Shown in pieces: positions 20,158-30,191 of a stretch of DNA of 61,300 nucleotides. The stretch is from a virus. Its lineage: Duplodnaviria > Caudoviricetes. Below the pieces are notes generated by a model. It was not told the origin of the DNA. It saw only the letters and a program-made list of their open reading frames with translations, and made no database searches. The stretch covers positions 1 to 61,300 of the IMG/VR virus record IMGVR_UViG_3300021961_006819; one strand, written 5' to 3'. Numbering within the stretch: position 1 is the first letter of the stretch; every line of letters starts with the position of its first letter. The position numbers and the translations under genes are program-made.

Positions 20158-21057
20158 ATGCCTCATTTTTTTAGAATGTATGGTGAGTCGGTTCAAGACC
20201 TTGGGGAAGTTCCTCGTTTAGGTTGGTCTTCCGATGACGCATATATGATTGATGATGAATACCTTCAACGAGGTAGATTTCTGATAATGAGGATGTGTAA
20301 TGGTTTTGGGGATTGGGGTATCATTTCATCGATGCCAAGATTGTTAAAGCAGAAATATCCACATTCTAAAATATATGTTCCAAGTGAAACATTCATAAAA
20401 AAGATATTTGGAGATTCATCTGCTTGGAAACATTGGCCTCAAGCTGAATTAAATTCTTATCGGACATTTGTAAACAACCCATATATAGATGGATTTGTAG
20501 ATTCGTTTGATGATGAGGTCTACCACGACCATTACAGAATATATGACAGGATGAATGTAAATATCCCTTTGGTAAAACAAATGTTGAAATTTTGGGGATT
20601 GTCTGAAGATGAAATGATTGATTATGAACCAGAACTATATTTTAGTGATGATGAAAAAGAACAAGGTGATGCTCTAATCAGAGAATACTTTGGAGAATCT
20701 AACTTTGGTGGATTCATAGCAACAAGTAGTCAGCTTGGGGCTGGTCGTTTCTTTGATGAACATAGAAATAATCTAATCATTAATGAGTTAAAAAAACACG
20801 ACTTAAAATATGTGTACTATGGTGGTGTTGATATAAAAGACACTCCGTTCGGTGAGTATGTTAATGTGGGTTTGGATTTTGCTAAAGTCCCAACTTCATT
20901 GAGAGTTCAATTATACATCCGTTCAAAGGCAAAAGTGAACATTGGGTATCAAAGTTCTATTCACGAATTGATTTGTAGATACTCGCCGATTGTATGTACT
21001 GAAATGGATGGTGGCCCGAGAGAAAATTACTTTGATAAAATAACTTACTTGAAATGA
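20158..21057 (+). CDS. GT9-like glycosyltransferase
   Basis: GFGDWGIISSMPRLLKQKYP, NNPYID, PELYFS. Confidence 0.65.
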   Translation: MPHFFRMYGESVQDLGEVPRLGWSSDDAYMIDDEYLQRGRFLIMRMCNGFGDWGIISSMPRLLKQKYPHSKIYVPSETFIKKIFGDSSAWKHWPQAELNSYRTFVNNPYIDGFVDSFDDEVYHDHYRIYDRMNVNIPLVKQMLKFWGLSEDEMIDYEPELYFSDDEKEQGDALIREYFGESNFGGFIATSSQLGAGRFFDEHRNNLIINELKKHDLKYVYYGGVDIKDTPFGEYVNVGLDFAKVPTSLRVQLYIRSKAKVNIGYQSSIHELICRYSPIVCTEMDGGPRENYFDKITYLK

Positions 21058-22106
21058 AATTAAACTACAAATATATCATAGGAACACATACTATGTTCTA
21101 TGAGATTGAGATTCTATCAGAATTTGTTGACTCTCTGATTCAATGCGCAACCGAGGTTGATAATCGTGAAAACATAACATATGATTTTACATTCAATATC
21201 AGCGAATATCTTGAAGCCGTAGATACTACACAAATCACAAAAGAAAAACTTGTGTGGATGTTTGAGAAACAAATGGAAAGATTGACCAATGTTGGTGTTA
21301 ATGTTAGATACAACATCTATTCAGATGATTCTAAATTGTATAGTATTGCGGACTATCGTAGGGACTTTAATTATCATAATTGTTCAGACCACGATTATTT
21401 GATTTGGGGTGAAACTGATTCACTATTTCCCAAACAATTATTTGAGGGTTTGGAAACAATTAAAAATTATGCCGTAAGTCAAAACATTCATAGATACACG
21501 GTTTGGTTTGCTGAACGAAAGATGTGGGATGACTCTTGGAAACCATTAGAACATATTGATTTTGAAAATGAGAAGTATATTTCCATCAAAGATTTTGCTA
21601 CCGAAGAGGAGTATAAGAAGAAGATTTTAGAATCACCACATAGCATTCGATATGTAATGAATCTTGATGAGATGAATGAAATCAATAACAAGTACGCCGA
21701 TTTTAACATTCAAGTATTACAATATCCAAAGTTTAACGGATGTGGTCTTGTTATGAGTTCCGACTTTGTAAAAGCTGGTGTAAACATACCAAGAGGTATT
21801 TTTGGAGTCGTAGCGGAGGACACCGCTATGATGATATCAGCTCAACAAGTTATGGGTAAGGCATATATTCAGTTTATTGTTAAAAATGTATTGTTAGTCC
21901 ACAATAGAGAACACACTCGTAAGCGAATGTATTGTGTAGATAAGGAAACTCAATCTGAAAGTGGTATGGGTGATTCATATAAACACGGTAAAGGTAACTG
22001 GTTTGATAGAATTCTTGATATGTGTAAACAAAATGTAAATCTATTGGGTTACAGACAAGATAGGTTTTTTACAATAGAAGATTTTGAAAATGAAAATAGA
22101 GCTTGA
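21054..22106 (+). CDS. Putative GT-A glycosyltransferase
   Basis: WGETDS (DxD-like) and AEDTAM; glycan cluster context. Confidence 0.5.
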   Translation: MKLNYKYIIGTHTMFYEIEILSEFVDSLIQCATEVDNRENITYDFTFNISEYLEAVDTTQITKEKLVWMFEKQMERLTNVGVNVRYNIYSDDSKLYSIADYRRDFNYHNCSDHDYLIWGETDSLFPKQLFEGLETIKNYAVSQNIHRYTVWFAERKMWDDSWKPLEHIDFENEKYISIKDFATEEEYKKKILESPHSIRYVMNLDEMNEINNKYADFNIQVLQYPKFNGCGLVMSSDFVKAGVNIPRGIFGVVAEDTAMMISAQQVMGKAYIQFIVKNVLLVHNREHTRKRMYCVDKETQSESGMGDSYKHGKGNWFDRILDMCKQNVNLLGYRQDRFFTIEDFENENRA

Positions 22107-22860
22107 TTATTTTATTGAAGAACCCAATAGAGTAGACCCCAGCGTAATCCCAAGTATTGATGTTTCATATGAGGATGTGAAATCCATCTACAATCAGTCA
22201 AACATCAGTAGAAAGTATAACGACTATTTGAAGGGCAAGTCGGTAATTCTTGTCGGACCTGCATCATACCTTGAAGGTAAAAGTCGTGGTGATGAATTTG
22301 ACTCATTTGATGTTGTTGTTAGATTGAATCGTTCGTATCCGGTCAACAACACAATTGACTATGGAAAAAAATGTGACATCCGATATCATAATATGAGCCA
22401 AAACGCAGCACAAGGTGGTCCGTTTCTCCGTGAACAAATGGAATCTGATGGTGTTATGTTTATATCATCACCATTTCCAAAACACCTATCATATTTTCAT
22501 AATGATATAAAAGTATGTGAATCTCATATGAAAGGTAGTCAGGTTCAGTTTCATCAATGGGCCGACCTCGAACAATTCTTAACACTACATATGATTCTAC
22601 AAACAAGGCCAAATATTGGAGTATGTGCTATTCTTGACTTGTTAAATTACGATATAAAACAACTACATATTAGTGGAATTACCTTTTTTGAAGATGGATA
22701 TTCTTCGGAGTACAAAGATAGGGATGATGACCTCGTTCCAGCATATCATCAGAACAGAGTTATAAATCACGCCCAAAAACCACAAAAAGAATTGATAAAA
22801 TTAATTTCAGAAAATGATAGTAGAATTACTATGGATAAAGAAGTAAAGGAGTCGTTATGA
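22090..22860 (+). CDS. GT29 sialyltransferase-like protein
   Basis: SVILVGPASYL..FDSFDVVVRLN..DYGKKCD (sialylmotif-L-like), HISGITF and C-terminal H. Confidence 0.7.
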   Translation: MKIELDYFIEEPNRVDPSVIPSIDVSYEDVKSIYNQSNISRKYNDYLKGKSVILVGPASYLEGKSRGDEFDSFDVVVRLNRSYPVNNTIDYGKKCDIRYHNMSQNAAQGGPFLREQMESDGVMFISSPFPKHLSYFHNDIKVCESHMKGSQVQFHQWADLEQFLTLHMILQTRPNIGVCAILDLLNYDIKQLHISGITFFEDGYSSEYKDRDDDLVPAYHQNRVINHAQKPQKELIKLISENDSRITMDKEVKESL

Positions 22861-23813
22861 AAATAGCATTTTTTAGTGAGATGGGATTTGTTGGTAAAAT
22901 ACCAAGAACCCATAGAAATATGAGAGTTGAATTTGCTCAGATGTGTGCTCTAAACGCAGACCATTATCCGATGTTACAAATTCAACAAGTAAAAGAAGAA
23001 TATGATTTTGCTATTTTGTTGGTAGGTAAATCCACCAATTTTAGAAACCAAATAGCAAATATTGATGTTGTAACCGAAGCGAGAAGATTTGCCAAAAAGG
23101 TTCTATGGATGCAAGAGGGGCCACATTGGGTATTTCAAGATATGCCATTAGAACATCAGTTTTGGCATTATAGTGTTTTAGCCGCAGCCGATGGATTGTT
23201 AAGTGAAAACAAAACTGACATTCCGTACTTTAAAGGTATAATGGGCGATGATAAGTGGGTTGAGGACATTCCAAGTTTGATGATTACTGACCTTGTTAAA
23301 GATGTTGAGTACGCTGAGAAAGAAGAGAAAGTTGTAGTTGGTGGAAATTTTGTAAGATGGTATGGTGGATTTGATTCTTATGTATGTGCTAGAGATTTAA
23401 ATATTCCAATTTGGGCGCCATCTATGGGGCGGAAGATTGAAAATGAAGATTTGATAGAAGATATGAACTACTTTCCATATATGGAATGGGTTGATTGGAT
23501 TAAGACACTATCATCTTTTAAATACGCAATCCATCTTATGCCAACAACCGGCGCCGGAACATTTCCTATGAATTGTGCTTACTTGGGTATTCCGTGTGTT
23601 GCGTATAACGACTTGGATACTCAAGTTAATTTACACCCCGACTTGTCAGTAAATCCAAGTGATGTTCAGAGTGCTAGAAAACTTCTGAACAAATTAAAGA
23701 ATGACCCTATCTTTTATAAAGATATGAGTGATAAATGTAGATACTTATATAAAGAACACCATTCGGAAGAATCGTTTCTATTAGATTTTAGTAAAAAGTT
23801 ACAAACATTATGA
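22857..23813 (+). CDS. Putative GT-B glycosyltransferase
   Basis: AGTFPMNCAYLGIPCV; cluster context. Confidence 0.6.
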   Translation: MKIAFFSEMGFVGKIPRTHRNMRVEFAQMCALNADHYPMLQIQQVKEEYDFAILLVGKSTNFRNQIANIDVVTEARRFAKKVLWMQEGPHWVFQDMPLEHQFWHYSVLAAADGLLSENKTDIPYFKGIMGDDKWVEDIPSLMITDLVKDVEYAEKEEKVVVGGNFVRWYGGFDSYVCARDLNIPIWAPSMGRKIENEDLIEDMNYFPYMEWVDWIKTLSSFKYAIHLMPTTGAGTFPMNCAYLGIPCVAYNDLDTQVNLHPDLSVNPSDVQSARKLLNKLKNDPIFYKDMSDKCRYLYKEHHSEESFLLDFSKKLQTL

Positions 23814-24997
23814 TTACAAAAAAAGATATTAGTTTTATACAACCATCACGAAACAACTTGAAATACCTCAAGTGGTCGTATGAGGGTATTAGGAAGAATG
23901 CAGGGCCTGAACCTACCATCTGCGTTGCTGATGATTTCAGTAACGATGGAACTTGGGAGTGGTGTGAAGAGATGATGTCTAAAGACCCAAACTTTAAGGC
24001 ACTTCGTAATGAAGGGCCAGCTAGATTGGGTCACACCATTCTCTATGACCGACTTATCAACGAGTTAGCGACAACATCAATCGTAGGTATTTACCACGCA
24101 GATATGTGGTTGTGTCCTGGTGCTCTTGAATCCGTATTGGAACACATCAAACCATTAACGGTAGTATCACTCACTCGTATTGAGCCCGACCTACACCCAG
24201 CCGGACCGGAGAAGGTGTTGATTCGAAACGCACCCACCGAGCCGGAGCATTTTGATGAGGTTTGGTTCAACGATTTCTTCAACGAGTATCTACCTCAAGT
24301 AAAGGGTAAAACTACCGAAGGTATCTTTGCACCTTGGTTCTTGTTCAAAGAGGATTTCACATCCATCGGAGGACACGACCCATTGTATGCTCCTCAATCC
24401 AAAGAGGACTCTGACATCTTCAACCGATTCTTACTAAACGGATATCAGTTTGTTCAAACTTGGGAAGGTGCCGTATTCCATTTGACTTGTAGAGGTTCAC
24501 GATTCAATCCAACATTAACCACGCCTGGTCAAAACTCTAACGAGTGGGAGGCTCAAAACATTAGGTCTACTCGTAATTTTATCCGTAAGTGGGGGCACTT
24601 TGTAAAACACGATAAGTTGATGAAACCTATCGTTCCTCACAAATATGATATTGAGTTTAAGATTACAAATTGTGGTCCTAAACAACTTGAGGAATTAGAA
24701 CCTTGGTGTGATAGAATGACTATTGATATGAGTAAAATGGACATAGATTGGTATATTACCAAAGAACAATCAAACACCAAGTTTGACTTATCTAAAAAGT
24801 TCAATACGAACGAGAATTCAGACATTATTGTACAATTTGACGCTTTACGACTTACAAATCAGTCATATCAGTTCCTTACAAATTTGTCAGAAATCTTCGA
24901 TTTTAATCAATTTGATGTTGGTGAGTATGAATTTGATATATTTAATATAAAGGTCAACCGAGTAAAACATTACGAAGACAGGTTAGTTAAACTATGA
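23810..24997 (+). CDS. GT2 glycosyltransferase
   Basis: VADDFSNDGT, HADM and GGHD..EDSD. Confidence 0.88.
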   Translation: MITKKDISFIQPSRNNLKYLKWSYEGIRKNAGPEPTICVADDFSNDGTWEWCEEMMSKDPNFKALRNEGPARLGHTILYDRLINELATTSIVGIYHADMWLCPGALESVLEHIKPLTVVSLTRIEPDLHPAGPEKVLIRNAPTEPEHFDEVWFNDFFNEYLPQVKGKTTEGIFAPWFLFKEDFTSIGGHDPLYAPQSKEDSDIFNRFLLNGYQFVQTWEGAVFHLTCRGSRFNPTLTTPGQNSNEWEAQNIRSTRNFIRKWGHFVKHDKLMKPIVPHKYDIEFKITNCGPKQLEELEPWCDRMTIDMSKMDIDWYITKEQSNTKFDLSKKFNTNENSDIIVQFDALRLTNQSYQFLTNLSEIFDFNQFDVGEYEFDIFNIKVNRVKHYEDRLVKL

Positions 24998-25239
24998 GAT
25001 ATTTCATATTACTACCAGGGGATACGGAAGAAGATGTTGATTTCTCAACCAACATATTAGGAGAAGTATCCTTCAAGAATTTCTGGGCCGATAGAGGTTT
25101 TGAGATTCTTGTTCGATTGGTAGAAAAATATCCTGACACCTTGACCGAGGTGACAATTAAAGATGAAAAAAATAAATCTTATTCCGTAGAAGAATTCTTG
25201 GAGTCCATTAAAAATTTAAAGGTAATTCGCAATGGCTAA
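24994..25239 (+). CDS. Hypothetical protein
   Basis: ATGA-coupled ORF, 81 aa. Confidence 0.65.
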   Translation: MRYFILLPGDTEEDVDFSTNILGEVSFKNFWADRGFEILVRLVEKYPDTLTEVTIKDEKNKSYSVEEFLESIKNLKVIRNG

Positions 25240-25414
25240 AATTAATATTAATAGTATCGATTGGGAAGAGGAATCAGCTGGTTATGAAAAATTTACAAAA
25301 TCAAATAGGAAAAAAACTCCTAATGAAGAGGACATTCTCCAATCACAAGGGAAGCTTGGTAGAGGGAGAAAAGGTGACTCTTTTATTAGTCAACGAACAA
25401 AAGCAAGAAGGTAA
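25232..25414 (+). CDS. Small hypothetical protein
   Basis: Coupled start; basic C-terminus; overlaps next ORF. Confidence 0.45.
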   Translation: MAKININSIDWEEESAGYEKFTKSNRKKTPNEEDILQSQGKLGRGRKGDSFISQRTKARR

Positions 25415-25475
25415 AGTTGAAGACCCCTTTGGTATAGAGTGGGTAATTCCTTTAGAATTTCTCCATACTTATTAG
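25323..25475 (+). CDS. Small hypothetical protein
   Basis: MKRTFSNHKGSLVEGEKV...; overlaps previous ORF in another frame. Confidence 0.4.
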   Translation: MKRTFSNHKGSLVEGEKVTLLLVNEQKQEGKVEDPFGIEWVIPLEFLHTY

Positions 25476-25488
25476 TAAGGAGATTTAT

Positions 25489-25794
25489 ATGCCCGCAAAG
25501 TCAAAAGCACAACAAAGGTTTATGGGGTTGGTTTACGCTCTCAAAAAGGGGGGTGTAAAACCATCTGATGTTTCTCAAGATGTGAGAGATACTGCTAAAT
25601 CTATGACTACAAAACAGGCAAAAGATTTCGCAGGAACTAAACACGAAAATCTTCCTAACAAGTTAGAACAAGCTATGGAACGACTCATCAAATCAGTTGA
25701 TGAGAAATGGTCTGAAAAGTATAAAAAGTCGATTGATTGTAACAACCCAAAGGGATTCAGTCAAAAAGCTCATTGTGCTGGCCGTAAAAAATAA
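25489..25794 (+). CDS. DUF3008-like small protein with conserved phage C-terminal module
   Basis: MPAKSKAQQRFMG N-terminus; EKWSEKYKKSIDCNNPKGFSQKAHC module; SD TAAGGAG. Confidence 0.65.
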   Translation: MPAKSKAQQRFMGLVYALKKGGVKPSDVSQDVRDTAKSMTTKQAKDFAGTKHENLPNKLEQAMERLIKSVDEKWSEKYKKSIDCNNPKGFSQKAHCAGRKK

Positions 25795-25803
25795 AACAAT
25801 TTG

Positions 25804-25835
25804 ATGGTGAGGGTACATCCCTCACTATTTATTTA
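25804..25835 (+). terminator. Probable intrinsic terminator
   Basis: ATGGTGAGGG-TACAT-CCCTCACTAT hairpin followed by TTATTT. Confidence 0.55.
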
Positions 25836-25863
25836 TAAATGTGTCTATAAATAGGAGTTTAAA

Positions 25864-26694
25864 ATGGCAGTTTACAAAAAAGGTGATAACAACGAGTTTA
25901 TCAAAGAGATTCAAAAAGTTTTGGGAGTAGAACAAGTAGGTAATTTTGGTCCTAAAACTGAAACTGCCGTAAAAGAGTTCCAAAAGAAACACGGATTGAC
26001 AGCCGATGGTATTGTTGGTCCTGGTACTTTAGAGAAAATGGGACTTAAAGCTCCCACAACCGCACCGACAAGTGCTCCTGCACCAAACAACAAACCTACC
26101 GCTGGTGCTAAATACTCAAAAGAGTCAATCGAGAAAACCGTAAAAGCTAAAGGTTACAAGTGGTTCGAAGGTAAGGATTACTTATTGAACATCGTTGGTG
26201 TTCGTAATTCAGATACCGGAACTAAAGTAACAAACGCGTTTGATGATAAGATTACTCTTTCATACCAAGTTAATGGTGAGTGGATTTACAAAGAGTGGAT
26301 GAACACAACTGACCCTGGTACAAAAGGTGTTAAAGAATACCACAACGCAGCCGGTGTTGCAAGATTGGTTCCTGGTCAATATGTTGACTCACACGCTTTG
26401 GGATTACACCAAGGTAAGTACGAAGCGCTCAAACAATTTGGTAAGGTTAAGGTCTATCGTGATGCGAATCGTGATATGAACTACGATGAGAAAGTAATCC
26501 AAGAAGGTGTATTTGGTATTAACATCCACAAAGCAGGTAAAGATTCTACTTATGTAGAGAACTGGTCTGAAGGATGTCAAGTATTCAAGAGAGAGGCTGA
26601 CTTTAACGAGTTTATGGATATTGTAAGAAAGTCAAAAGCCGCAGGTAACGCTAAATTTACTTACACTTTGATTGAAAGTAAAGATATCAAGTAA
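25864..26694 (+). CDS. Endolysin-like protein with N-terminal peptidoglycan-binding domain
   Basis: FGPKTETAVKEFQKKHGLTADGIVGPGT PG-binding motif, P/T/A linker, catalytic-like GINIH..WSEGCQV. Confidence 0.8.
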   Translation: MAVYKKGDNNEFIKEIQKVLGVEQVGNFGPKTETAVKEFQKKHGLTADGIVGPGTLEKMGLKAPTTAPTSAPAPNNKPTAGAKYSKESIEKTVKAKGYKWFEGKDYLLNIVGVRNSDTGTKVTNAFDDKITLSYQVNGEWIYKEWMNTTDPGTKGVKEYHNAAGVARLVPGQYVDSHALGLHQGKYEALKQFGKVKVYRDANRDMNYDEKVIQEGVFGINIHKAGKDSTYVENWSEGCQVFKREADFNEFMDIVRKSKAAGNAKFTYTLIESKDIK

Positions 26695-26730
26695 TTATAT
26701 TAACAATCAGTTATTTAAGGAGGTTACGCT

Positions 26731-27003
26731 ATGTTTTCATATATAAGGAGAAAATTTATGGCATTTAGTGACATTTTTAAGGACAACAACGAATACAACG
26801 AAAAGAACATCGTTGGTTTTATGTCGTTCGCTGTAATGGCTATCTTCGCAGGTGCGGATGTTGTTACAGGTATTATGGGTCAACATTTGGTGATTTCTGA
26901 CACCATCTTTAACTCATTCGTTATCATTGTTCTTGGTTCTTTCGGTATCGATGGTGTAACCAAGATTTTCAGTAAAAAAGATGATTCTTCTGAAGAAGGA
27001 TAA
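26731..27003 (+). CDS. Putative holin (2 TM, dual start 26731/26758)
   Basis: Two hydrophobic helices, follows endolysin, SD before both ATGs. Confidence 0.55.
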   Translation: MFSYIRRKFMAFSDIFKDNNEYNEKNIVGFMSFAVMAIFAGADVVTGIMGQHLVISDTIFNSFVIIVLGSFGIDGVTKIFSKKDDSSEEG

Positions 27004-27010
27004 ATAAACT

Positions 27011-27096
27011 AATAGGGGGTCGCCTGATATATTTTAGTGTATTTAGGTGATTGAGTATTGAGAGTTTAATCGGCGGCTCCCTATTTTTATTTTTTT
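27011..27096 (+). terminator. Long hairpin with U-tract (terminator or attenuator)
   Basis: AATAGGGGGTCGCC 27011-27024 pairs with GGCGGCTCCCTATT 27072-27085, followed by TTTATTTTTTT. Confidence 0.55.
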
Positions 27097-27141
27097 AAAT
27101 TGTTACGAACAATAAGTTATACATTTAAATGGAGAGATTAA

Positions 27142-29052
27142 ATGAAAAAACTATCATTGTTGTTCGTGACATTACTCACGACACTAAACTTATTTGGTCA
27201 AAATGGTAAGAATGAAACCTTGACCGCACCGAACTCGAATTCACCATATTTCTTGGTGGATACTTCTTTTATACAGGGTTCGATTCTTGAAGATACAACT
27301 ACTATCTATCTTCACTTTGCTAACCCAACATCTACAAAGATTACCGCATTTCAGGTTAGATTCTTTTACGATACTGCAAACTTTAAAGCCCCTCAAGTAA
27401 AGTGGGGACCTGTTGCGTTATCAGTAACCGACAAGTATGGTGCTTACTACTCATCCTCAAATTGGGTGAATGTTTCTTTGGTATACACCGGAAACTCATC
27501 TACATTCGAGTGGTCTGATGGTGCTATTTTAAAAGTAATCTTCCCTCATAAGAGTGGATTTGACGCATCTGCAGTAGATTCATTGAAGGTTACCCCATTG
27601 AGTTCAAACTTCTCAAACATCGCAACCTCAAATACGGGTGTTGATATGACATTGGGTGTTTACTCTTATAATGGTGAGTTCTTACAACCAACCTTAAACT
27701 TCCCATTCTGGGTTAAAACTGTTTTGGGTGCTGGTACTAAAGGAATCTCCGTTCAATACCATCAAAAGAAAAAGACCGCTTCAACTTGGAATGCCGGTGA
27801 TGTATTCAGAACTGATTCAACCGGTCTTGCTATGATGGAAATCCCATACGACACTTCATTCTATAATGTCAAGTTCACGGTGGCTACCGACTCACTCTCC
27901 GATGGTTCTGCTATCTCAATCGTAGACGCATATAGATTGACTGAAGTATCCGTACAAACTGATACCTTATCTACATACGAGTATCAAGAGGGTGATGTTA
28001 ACTTGGATGGTAACCATTCCATCTCTGACGCATTCTTGGTATTCAATCGTTTGGCTACATCTGCTACAACTTGGAACTCTTTAGTGAGTGGTCAACATAA
28101 CCTTAAATTATTCAGAAAGACCGAATACGATTCAATCGTAAACTCATCCACATTCTTGACCACGAAGAGAGGTACATACACAATCGATAAAACAATCAAC
28201 GGATTGGATTCGGTTGTTTACTATTCTTATGTATTGGGTGATGTTACCTCTACCGGTTACAACACCACATCTTACTTGGTTGCCAAGATTGCTCCGGGCA
28301 ACACGGGAACAACTTATGTTCTTGACCAACAAAAGATATTGCAACACATTGATGACTCTATTCAGTTTGTAATTCCAAAGTTGACTATCTCCGCCGACAA
28401 CACCGCTGACATTCCTGTAACTCTTGTTACTCACGGAAACAAAGTGGGTGCTGCTCAAATCGGATTGGAGTACGACACTAATGTATTCAAGTTCTTGTCT
28501 TTGGATATGGGTTCTACAATGAGTCGCTGGACTTCATTCTTAACTAACGAGAATGGTAAAGTTCTTTGGGGTGGCCACGAATCACAAATGGACCCTGCTC
28601 TTGTAACTCAAAACACTCAAGTGTTCACATTCAAGTTCCAAATCAAATCTACCAATTGGGAAGAAACCCCAATCAGAGTATTCTCTAAAGCTGCTGGTGA
28701 TGAGAACGCAAGAGATTTGAACATCATCAAAACCCCTACCGATGCTACTGTTATTTATCGTAGAAAAAGGGATGATTTGGTTACCGAGTTGGTTGATGGA
28801 TTCCGTGTGTATCCTAACCCAGTTACCGAAGGATATGTATTGTTCGATTACTATATGGAAACTGAACACGAATTGTCAGTTGGTCTGATTAACCCAATGG
28901 GTCAGTTAGTAACCTTTGACAAACAACAAGTATACCAAGGTGGTGAGGTTGTCACCGGTATGTTGAATATGGATAATGTTGCTAATGGAAACTACATTCT
29001 CCTTCTTTCAACCCCAACAAAAACCAAATATTATAGAATCAGTAAATTTTAA
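27142..29052 (+). CDS. Secreted cohesin/dockerin-like protein with T9SS type A C-terminal domain
   Basis: Signal peptide; cohesin-like ITAFQVRFFYD and IPVTL..AAQIGLEYD; dockerin-like GDVNLDGNHSISDA; CTD FRVYPNP...NGNYILL. Confidence 0.75.
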   Translation: MKKLSLLFVTLLTTLNLFGQNGKNETLTAPNSNSPYFLVDTSFIQGSILEDTTTIYLHFANPTSTKITAFQVRFFYDTANFKAPQVKWGPVALSVTDKYGAYYSSSNWVNVSLVYTGNSSTFEWSDGAILKVIFPHKSGFDASAVDSLKVTPLSSNFSNIATSNTGVDMTLGVYSYNGEFLQPTLNFPFWVKTVLGAGTKGISVQYHQKKKTASTWNAGDVFRTDSTGLAMMEIPYDTSFYNVKFTVATDSLSDGSAISIVDAYRLTEVSVQTDTLSTYEYQEGDVNLDGNHSISDAFLVFNRLATSATTWNSLVSGQHNLKLFRKTEYDSIVNSSTFLTTKRGTYTIDKTINGLDSVVYYSYVLGDVTSTGYNTTSYLVAKIAPGNTGTTYVLDQQKILQHIDDSIQFVIPKLTISADNTADIPVTLVTHGNKVGAAQIGLEYDTNVFKFLSLDMGSTMSRWTSFLTNENGKVLWGGHESQMDPALVTQNTQVFTFKFQIKSTNWEETPIRVFSKAAGDENARDLNIIKTPTDATVIYRRKRDDLVTELVDGFRVYPNPVTEGYVLFDYYMETEHELSVGLINPMGQLVTFDKQQVYQGGEVVTGMLNMDNVANGNYILLLSTPTKTKYYRISKF

Positions 29053-29061
29053 GGAGTCGTT

Positions 29062-29451
29062 ATGAGCGAAGAAACCCAAGAAGGTGGATTGTCCACATTA
29101 AAGAAAACAGTAATCGGTATCGCCACTACCGCAGTTACAGCCGCAGGTGCGTATGTAACTACCCACATCGAAGCTATCTTTGGTGGTGGTGAAGAGGAAG
29201 TTAAAACGGAGCAAGTTGCCCAACCAGCAGCTGCCGCCGCTGCCGCCCCAATCATCCTGAATATCGAAAACAACAACACCCAACAACAAAACAATAGTGG
29301 TGGTGGTAAAACAATCATCAAGGAAACCGTGAGAGAAGTTCCCGCTGCCAGTTCAACTCCTGCTCCAGTAGTAGAAGAGAAGCCAGAAACTCCAGCAGAG
29401 AGAATGGCAAGATTGAAGAAACAACGAGAAGACCAAAACGGGGGTAAGTAA
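29062..29451 (+). CDS. Hypothetical membrane-anchored protein
   Basis: N-terminal hydrophobic segment, Ala/Pro/Asn low complexity; SD AAGGAG. Confidence 0.65.
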   Translation: MSEETQEGGLSTLKKTVIGIATTAVTAAGAYVTTHIEAIFGGGEEEVKTEQVAQPAAAAAAAPIILNIENNNTQQQNNSGGGKTIIKETVREVPAASSTPAPVVEEKPETPAERMARLKKQREDQNGGK

Positions 29452-30191
29452 TGAGAACTCGTAAAGATGTTATCCTCGAAAATATCTTCGCTCCAATCGG
29501 ATTGTTGATGGTGATTGGTGGTATGCTGTTGGTAGGTACTATGGCTACTTCTTGTAAGTCATCTATTGGTGTAACACAATACCAAGCTAATTTTGAAAAA
29601 GCTGACGCATTAGAAACCCTTCCACCATATACAGGTGAAAGACAAATCATCCAACTTTCCAAACTGAATGTAAACAAAGAGTTATGGGAAATGTTTCCAG
29701 AGCTTCGTGACAAACGAGTAGGTTTGGGTGTATCAAATCGTATTGTAGAAAACTTTGAAGTAACAAATCGTTTCAAGTATGCTGAAGAGAAAGACGCTAT
29801 TGTCAATCAGATGTTAGATGCTTGGGAAACCGATTTGAATGGTTTGGGTAATGGTGAAACAAAACTTTCTATGGAAGGTATTGCTATCCCTAAATACATC
29901 GTATATGCTGAGATTTATGATTTCGCAGTATCTTATGGTGAAACCTACGACAAAGGTAAATTAAACAAAACAAACACTACAATCATTGGTATTCAAATCC
30001 GTATGGTAAATGTAGATAACTCTCAATATATCGTGGCTTCAGGTCAAGGTACATCAACTCAAGTTGGTGAGGGTTACTTCAGAAATCCACAAATGGGATT
30101 TGACCAATCTACCGTTGGTATTGCTACCCAGAGAGCTTTGGAGGTTGCTACAATGAACCTCGTGAAGCGTATGGAAGCATATGGATGGTAA
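29451..30191 (+). CDS. CsgG/HfaB-family lipoprotein
   Basis: Lipobox ATSC; NRFKYAE, IGIQIRMVNVDNSQ..ASGQG and GIATQRALE. Confidence 0.7.
   Translation: MRTRKDVILENIFAPIGLLMVIGGMLLVGTMATSCKSSIGVTQYQANFEKADALETLPPYTGERQIIQLSKLNVNKELWEMFPELRDKRVGLGVSNRIVENFEVTNRFKYAEEKDAIVNQMLDAWETDLNGLGNGETKLSMEGIAIPKYIVYAEIYDFAVSYGETYDKGKLNKTNTTIIGIQIRMVNVDNSQYIVASGQGTSTQVGEGYFRNPQMGFDQSTVGIATQRALEVATMNLVKRMEAYGW

Noticed and set aside
25846-25853. T4-type late promoter TATAAATA
   Set aside because: Single occurrence overlapping the SD region; not repeated before other late-type genes
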